The notes beneath the pieces are model-generated. The model searched no databases and was not told the DNA's origin. It worked only from the letters and a program-made list of their open reading frames with translations. The position numbers and the translations under genes are program-made. A stretch of DNA of 64,000 bases, taken from positions 21,638,001-21,702,000 of the forward strand of contig OZ316775.1 of assembly GCA_973851085.1 (NCBI GenBank), in the 5' to 3' direction. Each line of letters starts with the position of its first letter. The first letter of the stretch is position 1. This stretch comes from Ptychomitrium polyphyllum (taxonomy: Eukaryota). Positions 52,796-64,000 of the stretch are shown here, piece after piece.

Positions 52796-53109
52796 TGTGG
52801 TATAGTTGGTAAACCATGATAACAATGGATGATAGTAAGTAAACTCAATGTTAGAATGAGAATGGAAGTTTGCTGTTCCTCTAAGTGCCCAGAGTAATAC
52901 AATGAATGTGCTTAATTCTTTCTACAACAGTATCTTTCATCTAATATTAGAAGGATGAGGTTCCACCTAATGTTAAAAAATGTTATAGAACACAAGGATC
53001 TTGAGATTGCTACTTAAAAGTTGAACTCTATTTTGTGCTGCATTTTTCATGCAAAGCCTAGCAACAAAATCCTGTGCTATTAGTTTTGAACTTAGAAATG
53101 CCACAAATA

Positions 53110-56100
53110 TTATCTGTGCTGTTCTAATTGCAGTATCTCTGAATCAATCTCCTGCAACTCTTTCTGCATATTCTGTAAAAACTGCGGATCTTTTGCCAAG
53201 CTAGCCTTGAATTTTTCATGATCAGCCGCAGCCTTCTTGAAAACTGCCTCCACTTTCTGCACAGCGGTGACAACCAGTAGGTGTCAACACTCCATAACAT
53301 TTCATGAAAATTACTTAACCTAGATCAAGACATTTTCAGCATAGCACTAACAATAATGGTTGCTTAAATTATTTTAAGTGAAAAACCAAGAGAAATACGA
53401 CACACCTTCTTGGCGCTCTTTGTCAATTCGTTCCCGTCCTTGTCGTGAGTTGGCACACCACGGTCATCAAATGCAAAGTCTTTGTACTCATCTCTAGCCT
53501 TAAAGAGCTCGTTTGGTGATATCGATGCTATTTCGTGTTTCTCAAGCAAATTTGCCTGTTTCAAAAACGAAGATAATTTAGGTAAGAACCGGAAAGAGAA
53601 AGTACTCTTCCAAGGTGGGGACAAAAAATATAACGAGGCATAATAGCTAGAACTGGATAGAATTTAGGTGGCGAGTCCAAAGGGCTTTTATAGAAATCAA
53701 TCCCTAAGACAATCCTTGTGGCAGAACAGCTGAAACATGATATTATAGAAATATTGGATATCAACCTCTAAGTATCTTGTCCAGCTCATAAAAGATGATG
53801 GTGTTCTTTATCAACGAGGCAATCAAACGAAAAGAGTATGTAAAAAACAAGACCTTTTGTAGCCTCTTCTGTCGCATGACCCGCAATTTTTCCTCCTTGA
53901 CCTTTAATCTTCGTTCATCACGCTCTCTCTGTAATATTTTGGAATCGTCCAATCTCCATTTAGATGTATTACCATCATCCACAACACAAACTCCAGCATC
54001 AACCATGTTTTCATCCCGGTCTTTGTCTGTCAGCTCCATCAATTTCTCCTGGTAATCATAACACCAAAATGTCATGCAATCTGAAGAAGCAACTACTCCA
54101 AGTGAATATCATAAAGCCTTCAATTAGTTGAGTGGAAAAGCACGTAAGCCTAGTCCAAACGTTTCACAATTTCAGGATAGAATTAATCTCTATGCAAAAG
54201 TTTTAGTTAATGTCTGTTCTTTGCGCGTATCAAATATCTAGGGAACATAAAGGAACTTAGAAAAAATTAGAGGCCATCAGAATTACTTTGATTTCTTCTA
54301 ATGATACTTGAGCAGTACCACTTTTGACTGCTGATCTCACTTTATCACGCAGCGATACCCATCCATCTACATAAGGAGCCTGCACATCCTCCGAATTATA
54401 CTCCCTTTGGTAATTAAATCTAAACCAAAAATAAAATACGAAAGATAAACTGTAGTCATTACCTAGCAAGAAAGAGTAGTCAAGTAGCATGCACTGAAAA
54501 ATATCAAACAAGACGGTACAAGGACAACTGCAGTAGAATACTCTCTAGTATTCACAATACCACTCATCGCAATTAGAATGTGCTTACACAGTTTGCAGGA
54601 ATATAGAGCAGGCCGAATATCAAATAATGTACATACCACGGTAGTTGCAAGGTCTCCAGTTGAGCCGGCTTGACTTGTAGTATTGCCAAAGCCAATTTCA
54701 TTATTTCTTGCATCAGATAAACCTGTCAAGATCCGCTCCCTGGTCAATCAAGCAAATTCCTATATTTCTCTGAAATATAATGATCGTGTAATCAGTACCA
54801 TCTAAAACTGCTCCAACCAAGGTCAAAAGGTATTGCGTTGACAGAAAATGATAAGCAAATTACAAAATAGACATACTCATGCCTTTGAGCATCAACACAT
54901 TTATGACCCTGATCGAACTTAGCCCAAATCCGATTTGATGAATGTCAGATATTAAGCCTTGGTCCAGTATACGTAAAAGTTGGAAAACTTGCCGAATACT
55001 GTGAGGATCTTGGTCACAAAAACTGCTGCCCTTTTCAAGAGTGAAAGCTGCGGTTTTCCGTTTGCCTGCAGCCAAAGAATAGGAAGCGAGAACAAACTTT
55101 CAGAAGAAGCTATGAAACTGTAAAACAAACTATTCCACTCCAAAAAGCACATCTAAACGTAAAACCAATAACAAGAAAACTCCTAAGAGAAACTCATCAA
55201 CTTACCGACTTGCACTTGTCAATGTAGGAGTGAACATCTTTGACCAACGAAAGCAATTCCGTCACAGCACCTGCAGTATCAAAGTTGTCCTCTAGACGTT
55301 CACGCACCTGTAACAGTGAGAGCTAATTAGCTCATCATGAATTTCACCCCAAGTAGGTTTCAAATATATTTATAATTATTAGGCTCAGGGTGAAACAACA
55401 TGAGATTCTCGTGGGGGAAGATAATGAAAGTTTACCAGCTTACAGCATTTTTTAAGGTCCAAGTTAGAAGAGATCACCTGGTCTTGGGCTTGGTCGACTT
55501 TGCTGAACAATTGCTTCTCATCGTCTCCTGGCCTTTGAACACCTTCCATAGGCTGCCACATAGAAGTTGGACGGTGGAAAAATTCTATTACCAAGCCCTT
55601 GAGGTAAATAGTGATCGACACACGACATAAAGTATTCAAAGCAGCGATCTGCTTCTTATCAGACAAAACTAAAATATCATGACAATTACAGATGCATGCT
55701 ACCATTTTCCGCCAACTACTGAGAGACCAGAGTCTATCTGACAGCCTAATAGCAGAAAAATTACGCAAACTGTGTAATAGGGAGATTGTTGCATAACCTG
55801 CAACTGCAGAAAATAAGTATCACACATGATGCATAAAAGCCAGAAAAAGTACGTACAGGCTGCCTCAAATAAGACTCTACATTAGCGAAGAAGTTCTTAA
55901 ACTGCTTTTCCTTCCCAAGAGCCTCATTCACAACAGTTGTGCTGAAATTGATTGACTGGGAATAAACACACAAAAGAAATCAGTACTCATCCGCCTGCAT
56001 GTAAAGCCTTCCATACTCTTTACACTGTAGAATACTCCCTTGTCAAACCTCGTGATCAATTAGCAATTGAAACACGTACTATTATTTCATATTGCAAACA

Positions 56101-59100
56101 CATACTTTCCAGTGATGCTTACCTTGTCCCAACTTTGAATAACAAAAAGCATACGTAATTGCCTTGCTGTGTACTTTGTCAACGCCTGCTCCCAGAAACA
56201 CCACAATTTCAAATCAATACAACTGAACATCAACTCTCTAAGAGGAACTCATCTCGCCACACATCAATAATTAAGTTAGTCAGAATACTGGTGGAAAGAT
56301 TATTTTTGAAGTAGGCTGCGTGGAAAAAGAAGTGATCAATCACAGAATCCTTACCTCCTTGATTGTTACGAAGTTCTTCAAAGACTTCGACATCTTTAAG
56401 CCATCTATTGACAGATGTCCAGAATGAAAGAAATATCTGACCCACTGAACTCATAAAAGTCAGAAAGCATCGCAACACAATCTTTGGGAAACTCCAATGA
56501 CAGCTGAAGGTATGATCCATGTCGTAGAAAACAAACCGGGTAGAACGTTAGTTACACTAAAATTCAGAGAAGAGACAACGCACTTCTTGGCAGTGGAAGT
56601 ATGCCTCAGCTTGAGCCAGCTCGTTGTCATGATGTGGGAACTGCAAGTCACTACAAAAGAAAGAAACATGGATATTTAATACTTGCTGGCCAAAATCACG
56701 AGAAGATGCATATCACTCGTCTTAATAAAATAACAAATTAACATGGCAGGGCTGTTTACTAACAAATTTGTCCTGTGCAAATAAAGAATAGCTGACTTCG
56801 GGCATGACTCATCAGGAAATTAGAACATAGAGCAGAGAAATCAGATAGTAGTCACTCACTGTCCTCCAGAATGAATGTCCATGTTATCACCCAAAATGTC
56901 ACTGGCCATTGCTGAACATTCAATGTGCCAACCTGGGCGCCCCATGCCCCAAGGGGACTCCCATGCAGGTTCCCCTGGCTTGCTCTTCTGCACCATACAA
57001 ATATTATTAAAGAGCTACATTAAGAAATTACCACAAATGTGGATTGAAAATTTCATGCTACATATCAGCATAGAAATTTTAGGACCCAAACATGGCAAAA
57101 AAGATTGCAATTACAGAAAGATGGATGTACCACTAGCTGAACCAAATGACATGACTTATCAAGGGACGTTAAACAGATTGAATCGGTCCAAATCATATCT
57201 GCAACGAAATTGAACTACTGTCAACAAAATGCTGAATCATCATCTTCTTCATTAGTATAAATATATGTATGAATTTGGCTACAGATAATACTTCCAGCTC
57301 TTATATGCTTAATAAAGGGGTATGAGAAAGAGAAAGAACCCACAACCACATGTATATTTTACTCGAAAAAACGTCATTCAAAATCTATGGAATTTTCTCT
57401 CAAACAGACATTAAATTTGAGCTGACGTCATTGAAAAAGGTACTAACCTTCCACAAAGCAAAATCGCAGCTGGTTCTTTTTTCAGAAGTCTCAAAATTCG
57501 ACTCGCTCTCAGAGGCCAATAGGGAGCTGCCTACAGCAGCTGGGTTCAACTTTCCATACTGGTGGCCTCCCTCCCTGTAAAGAAAAGGTCAATTATATCT
57601 TCTCTATCGCAGCATGAAATTAATCTCTAAGAAACAACAATGGAGATACAATTCAGCAACACAACCTAAACATCAAGTCTGCCTTTGAGATAAGTTGCTA
57701 TTCTACCTAACCCAAGTGGCATTCACAACACTGAGGCCCCACTAAATCCAGGTGAAATAGAATTACATACTTGAAAGCTTTAGTATCAAAATAAACGCTC
57801 TCATTCGCCACATACGCGAATTTGTTTTCCAAAATGGCTTGCACGTATTCAATAATTTTATCCATGTATCTGCCAACAAAGAGAGACCAGAGCATCAAAT
57901 CTTCTCCATCTCACAGTCGACAAGAGACCCAAGATTGACATACGCATGTACGTCCTGATGAAACTTCACAGCAACGAGAACATACGCCCTCCGATACCAA
58001 GAAGGAAGTCGTGAAGAAAACTGACCACATTGTATATGCACGTTTGTAACCTAGGTGCACATGTTTCCCACATCCCCTAGTGTACTATGACGATTGAATC
58101 AGATGGTACTTACTCAGTGACTCTCACAAGGACATCGGGATAGCCACATCCTAAGCTTGTCATATCATCCCAGAACTCATTTTCATACCTGCAAATCAAG
58201 CAATGTGATCGTCAACAGAGCAAACGTGCAACACCTGAAGATCGTCATCGTCACAACTTTTGAGCTCCCATGAACAGAGCTCACACAGGTTCAGATAACT
58301 CAAATAACACAACTGTGTATGTTTGTAATGTGATACAGTAAAACTATTGCATCGTTTGCAATTAAATTAAAGAATTGGATAGCAGGGATAAGATGTAGTT
58401 GAAAGACCCCAAGTTAATGAATAGGTCTATTACTTGAGGGTATGACTCTTATAAATAGCGTGATCCGTGACTGTTGCCCCAAGTTTAGCATCCAATTGAG
58501 ATGCCAAAGTATCAGCCGCACTCCCTCCCAAGAGCATGTCAATTCCCTCCTTTCCTCCTAGTTTCATGGCTTCTTCTTTAAGAACGTTAATCGAATCCCT
58601 TGCCTCATTGATCTTGTTGGCTTTCAGCTGCTCCTGCTTCACTCTCTGTCACATCCACTCACAACAAATTCAGGTCTTCAAGTAACTCAAATAAACATGC
58701 GCTGAGTCCCAAGGCAACCAACGTGACAAAGCAGTCTCTCCTTTCTCTCCACTCTCATTCAAAGAAAAATTGTAAGCGATGCCTCTGAACAATACCACAA
58801 TTTCCAATCGCCAAATTTGTGGTTTAGTGAAACACAACCCTTATCACTTACATCCGCTAAATCGTCTTTCTGTCTTGAGGAAGTGGCTTTACCCAGCTCT
58901 TCGTCTGTGTCAGAGATCTGCAATGAAACCAATACACACAAAGGATGGATAAGCCGTGTCTTGATGTCCAGAATAGCTTAAATAAGGCACCACCAAACCT
59001 GTAATAATCTCAGATAGATGTTCAATCACCTACGACTTAGGATGTAACATAAAAGTCACAATATTCAATTCGGCTTTGCTGTAACGTTAACAAATATAAC

Positions 59101-60039
59101 CCTGATTTCCCACTGGCTGAAGAAAGCAACCTTTTTCTGTTGCTTGACCGCCTCCTCCTCCGCAGCAGTGTCCAAGTCTTTAATTACCTGAAGCCACATC
59201 AAACTCCGTCACAACCACGCATACAATAGGAGTAAACGATAACAGCAAACAATAGGCTAGCACCAAAACCAAAGAGCACGGTCCCAAATATCCTCACTTT
59301 GTTCAAATCGGTTGCAGAATTGCGATACTGATCCATCAGAAAGTTTCTCCTCGCCCGATTGATAATCTTGTCGTCCACATCCGTGACGTTCATGACATAC
59401 TTCACATTGTAATGAAAATAATCCTGCCATTACAGAGCATGTGGATCAGCGATTAACCCGTCAAACCACCTCGAAAACCTCCAAAATCCTAGCAACAAAG
59501 ACCGGCCAAATACTCCATACGCAATTCCTTGAGCTGCGCTTTGTTAACAAGACTGTATTCTTAAGATCTAACCATGCAGATGAACATCGAAAACGCTTCA
59601 ATAACGGCCAAATCATTCCTGAGCCAAAAAACGAGAACGTTCTAAAACGCCGTTCTTCTCAAAAACCACTACTTTGATAGCACAAACCCTACCTCAAGAA
59701 TCCGTCGAATAATGTCAAATGTGACATAATTCCGGGCGTGTCCAACGTGAGACGAGTCGTACACAGTCGGCCCGCAAATATACCACGTCACTGCATCCTA
59801 CAATCACACTCTTACATCAGATGACCTCCAAAACCCGAAACCTTAAATCCTCCCTCACATCCGACGACACAGAAACGAACCACAACTAAACCGTTCACTG
59901 AGAAAAGCAATCACTGACCGTTCCGGGAGCCGTCCTTGGTGACGAACGGCACCTTCTCCTTGCGCAGCGAGTTGTTGACAACCAGCCCCGTCCGCCGACT
60001 GCTCGCCGCCCCTGCAGGCGCATCAGATGCAATCTCCAT
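53110..60039 (-). CDS. CysRS: Cysteinyl-tRNA synthetase, eukaryotic cytosolic type (22 predicted exons)
   Basis: [18 protein letters not shown] (HIGH), [58 protein letters not shown] (KMSKS), [21 protein letters not shown]. Exon phases are consistent from ATG 60039 to TAA 53112-53110. Confidence 0.96.
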
Positions 60040-61595
60040 GGTTGCAGAACAACAACAATACTCTTCCTCTTCTGAAACGGCAGCCGCTCGCACAAGCTTA
60101 GCCGTGAAGCTCCACTGCGCTCATAAGCCTGGGTGCCACCACTAGAAAACGTGCGCCACACCCAGGCGACGCAGTGGAGCACGTTTGGAAACGCGTGAGA
60201 AAACAGAACCTAGTGAGCTCAATCTACCACCTTGGTTGTCGCCATCTGAGTTGGTGGAAGTGGTGATGTAATGTTGACCTAAATCAGGGTCTCAACTTTC
60301 TCGTGCCCCGGGGGGTTCCACCACACTACCTTAGTGGGACCCTCCATTATTCAGCAGTGATGGAATGGTTGGCCTTTTGGTCCACAACGTTTTAACCTCA
60401 ATACATAACAAGAATCCCCTTGGCAACAATTGAGATTTACAATATGATTCTTTAATTTATGTTCAATTTATACTTATATTTTTCAAGACCCTTAAAGTTG
60501 ACTTCACTTCATTTGTTACAAATAATGTCAGCATTATTAGCTCTGCTTGTTTAGGTTTGTTATGAAAATGTCTTTTACAAGACTTGCTTGCAAGGTAACT
60601 AACATGATTGTTGCGTCAAATCCTCAATATTTATGAATGTAACACAAAATTGGCAACAAAGAGAATGCAGTGAAGGTAACTTGATTGAATCTCAATAAAC
60701 AAAAAGGTGTCTTCAAGCACCAACTCATGTTCATTAAACATCCAAATTGCATTCAACAAGTTTCTAAAATTAAACTTCACTACTCATTATTCTCAATGAA
60801 ACAGGTTCTGTTTTGCAAAAATAGAACAAACAATGTTCATACGGTTCTGTCAAACGTCTAAGACTTCGAGAAAATCTTGGTGTACAATGTATAACAGAAC
60901 ACTGCTGGGTACACACAAGTGTTCAAACATACAAGTGATCAGCATGGAAGTTTTTTCTCTCTAAGAAACAGTAAGTACTCCATTCCAACTACAGTATCTA
61001 CAATATCTCTAAAAATATTTCTGCAATCCAACGGCTCATGGCTCCGTCTAATAAGAAACCAAATATCATGCATAATTTAAGTACCAAAAGGAACATCGAG
61101 GAATCTTGCAGATGAAAGACATGATGCTTGCAGGATCGACACATTCAAGGTGCACTCGCGAGTCACAAATCAAGCAGAATGTTAAATATCAAACATTCCA
61201 TCGGAATTCACAACGTCGACAATGTACTCATAAATTCACTTACCTCGGCAGCCACCAAACTCCCCAACCAGACAGCCGATGCGGCTAGAAAAATCATAGT
61301 TACTTCTACCACAGATTCCTACTTAGGAACTCGTGAATATGTACATACAATATCCAGCCAACAGAGTGATTTCTCATACGGCAGAGATCTTCACTGCGAG
61401 CACCATCATACTAACCAGTCACAGCTAACCTACTTCATCATCGAGTCATTGTATCCCCACCGTATCAAAATTTAATGGACTCAGAATTTCGAGCGCGCCC
61501 GAAACCTAGTATACATCGATCATTGATCGTCTACTACTGTACTAGCTCAGAGATTATTTCACATCGTCGTGAACTGTGTAAGTTACTCTTATGCT

Positions 61596-63443
61596 CTATA
61601 AATGGACGGTGACGACGTCCTTGAATATGGCCACAAACGGTTGATCGCCCATGCCGTGCCACTTCCCCGTCCACCCACCGTCGTTCACAAATGAAGCATT
61701 CCAAACCGACGAGTAGAGAAACATTTTCTTACGAGGATATGCGAGGTTCTTCGCTATCTGATCCTCTTTCAACACAATCCTCACGAGACGCGAGTCCACG
61801 AACCACTGAATCTGGCGCTCGTTGAACTCGATGGAGTAGGTGTGGAACCCCGACGAGCAGTCGTAGTCGAGCTCCACCCACTGCTCGTTCGTGCTCGTAC
61901 CATTCACGTAGAAGTTCGTCTGCACGATCTGCTTGTTGTCCCCGAGAAACTCAAAGTCGATCTCGTCTTGGGACGTGCTGCCCTCGCTGGAGGAAATGTA
62001 GAAGCTCGTTAGAAGCCCGCTAGTGTCGCCCTCCGCACATTTGATACTCGCGGAGAATTTCCCTGACGAGTACGAGTGCAAGCTCCGAACTCGCCCTCCG
62101 CAGCCGAATTTATTGAACGTGATGTCGACGCCATGACCATCATGCGCGGCGATATTGGCCGGGCAGTAGTCGATCACGAGCGGGCGAACTGGGCTCGGAA
62201 CGCCGCGTTTGAAGAGAAGTTTTTGGTGTGGGGGTTGCCAGTGCCCAACTCGCAATGGCGACGCGACCCGCAATTTTTTGTAGCTCATGAAATGCGGCGC
62301 GTTGTACCAGTTGATTCGCCCTGCCAGGGCCCCGTCCGCGACAGAGGTTGCGTCCCACGAGTAGCCATACACGTGCCCGGCTTTGGTCGGGTAGGCCTTC
62401 CCGCGAGAGGATCGCAATGTGCGAATGACAACCTCGTCGACCATCCAGACGATCGCCGCCTCGTCCCACTTGATGGTGTACTCGTGAAACTCCTTCGTAG
62501 TGTCGAAGCCCATGTGAAAGGTTTTGAGCTTCTGGTCGTGGTTACCGTCGACAGCATAGGCAGTGAGCACGCGGTTCGGCTCATTGCCCACAAAGTCGAA
62601 GCTGATCATGTCAGGCATGGCGTCATTGGAGGAAATGTAGAAGCTGTTGCTAACGCCTAGCGCGCCCTCGGGCGCGCGCATGCGAATTGAGAACAGGCCG
62701 GAGGAGTATTTCGCCATCGTGTGGAACTTCCCTCCGCACGCGCGGTCGAGGCGGATTATTGCGGACGATTTCGTCAGATCGACATGGTTTGGGCAAAAAT
62801 CAACCACCAAATTGTCCATCAAGACGTCAATCTTGGGAAGAACGGGAACGAGAGATCGGCCGTTCCTCGTGGCCAAACCTGCTACCCGACTCGCGTAGGG
62901 CTCATCTTCCACTCTCGTCGTCCACAATTCTGGGTTCTCTCCATCTTCAAAGAGTAGCACCTGTTCGCTACTCTCGTCTATCACAATATCTTGCGACGGC
63001 GCCTTCATCTCCGTGATGTCACTCTGGTCAATGAGATACTGCGCGGAGGCGACACTCTGTCCCACCCTTGTGAGCAATTCGTACGCTCGCGAGTTAACAA
63101 CAGCGCTCAGATTCTGGCTGCAGCTTAGCAGGAGATCGTCCACTCGGACTAGTTCCCGACGAGCCTCGTCTGGATCGATAACCACTTTCGTGCTCGAATG
63201 ACGTAATCTGTCTTGCACCGCTTCCAATTGCGACCGGCATTTCTCCTCCAGCACAGACGCCGCTCGGCCAGACTCTCGCAGTTGCAATTCTGCGGTGTAG
63301 ATGCGCATGGACGCAAGGTTGAGTGTGCTGGTCTTCCGCAGCGCTTGCGCAGTATACGTCAAGAGCGACATTATCACAACGCATTGCAGTAACATCGAGG
63401 TCGCAGCGTGAACATTGGGTCCGACTCTCTTAATAACACCCAT
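61596..63443 (-). CDS. Secreted protein with an N-terminal helical region and two tandem GH16 (EG16-like endoglucanase) modules; intronless
   Basis: ATG 63443; signal-like MLLQCVVIMSLLTYTAQA; module 1 (VVDFCP..FYISS..PDMISFDFVG..FHEYTIKW); module 2 (VIDYCP..FYISSSEG..QDEIDFEFLG..IVQTNFY..DCSSGFHTY..MFLYSSVWNAS..WTG). Confidence 0.92.
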   Translation of the reverse strand: MGVIKRVGPNVHAATSMLLQCVVIMSLLTYTAQALRKTSTLNLASMRIYTAELQLRESGRAASVLEEKCRSQLEAVQDRLRHSSTKVVIDPDEARRELVRVDDLLLSCSQNLSAVVNSRAYELLTRVGQSVASAQYLIDQSDITEMKAPSQDIVIDESSEQVLLFEDGENPELWTTRVEDEPYASRVAGLATRNGRSLVPVLPKIDVLMDNLVVDFCPNHVDLTKSSAIIRLDRACGGKFHTMAKYSSGLFSIRMRAPEGALGVSNSFYISSNDAMPDMISFDFVGNEPNRVLTAYAVDGNHDQKLKTFHMGFDTTKEFHEYTIKWDEAAIVWMVDEVVIRTLRSSRGKAYPTKAGHVYGYSWDATSVADGALAGRINWYNAPHFMSYKKLRVASPLRVGHWQPPHQKLLFKRGVPSPVRPLVIDYCPANIAAHDGHGVDITFNKFGCGGRVRSLHSYSSGKFSASIKCAEGDTSGLLTSFYISSSEGSTSQDEIDFEFLGDNKQIVQTNFYVNGTSTNEQWVELDYDCSSGFHTYSIEFNERQIQWFVDSRLVRIVLKEDQIAKNLAYPRKKMFLYSSVWNASFVNDGGWTGKWHGMGDQPFVAIFKDVVTVHL

Positions 63444-64000
63444 GGTCAGATTCACAATTTTATCAATCGAACAGAGAGCTCAGCTGCAGACACGGTCAGA
63501 GACAACAAAAGCCTGAATCTCGAAGTTACAACCTAAGAAGTTTCAACCAACAAATTAGTGCATCACGAGTTCGAAATATCTTCAATGCTAATCATTCTAC
63601 TTCGGACAGTTCTGACGAGTTCACTAGTCATGTAAGTAAACAACTTTGGTTGTCATGCACAAAATAATCTGCACTCTAGAGGCAATTCAGGGCAGTAAAG
63701 GAGATCAAAGAGTGGTCTTGCACAGGGAGGCCAATCTGAGGTAAGAGAATCGATGGTCCAATCAAAATGATGCTCTAGTGCGATGCCCAGTTGATAGGCG
63801 ATGATCATACACTTCTATTTCACAGTGAAAAGACAACGCTCAGGTCATCTCTTTGGTGCGAGTTCGTACACTAGGTGCTGGAGAGCAGTCACTTGTGCTC
63901 ACTAATGAAAATTAACAAAGCTCCGCTATTTAATGCGATTCTCACGCAGGTCTACTTGAAAGTGATTTATCTCCCGAGGGAGTTTGTAAAAGGAGGCGGG

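Noticed and set aside
56750..56775. Possible CysRS micro-exon
   Set aside because: Not needed: acceptor TTGTAG at ~56652 gives GGHDLQFPHH directly.
62076..63384. Antisense and alternate-frame ORFs over the GH16 gene (similar ones over the PQQ-like and LRX genes)
   Set aside because: Shadows of GC-rich codon usage in the real CDS.

Overview
Plant nuclear DNA with spliceosomal introns and AT-rich, TE-eroded intergenic blocks. It is most likely a moss such as Physcomitrium (inferred from the gene set and the Tcn1/RLG1-like gypsy LTR). Six intact-looking genes: ATG18 (+), a secreted PQQ-type beta-propeller/PVA-dehydrogenase-like gene (+), an intronless LRR-extensin/C-type-lectin/EGF chimera (-), an F-box/kelch gene (-), a 22-exon eukaryotic cytosolic-type cysteinyl-tRNA synthetase (-) and an intronless secreted protein with two tandem EG16-type GH16 modules (-). 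Mobile or decayed DNA: a degenerate chromoviral Ty3/gypsy element with its 3' LTR, two solo LTRs of the same family, a head-to-head pair of LTRs from a second family forming a ~2.4 kb foldback, a LINE 3' remnant, two MITE-like copies, a TIR-NB-LRR pseudogene and an intron-containing Ku80 fragment between inverted GC-rich repeats. The most unusual items are the LRX-CTL-EGF architecture, the dead+live tandem EG16, the bracketed Ku80 fragment and the LTR pair with an inverted central target-site duplication. All calls come from reading the sequence by eye; no searches were run.
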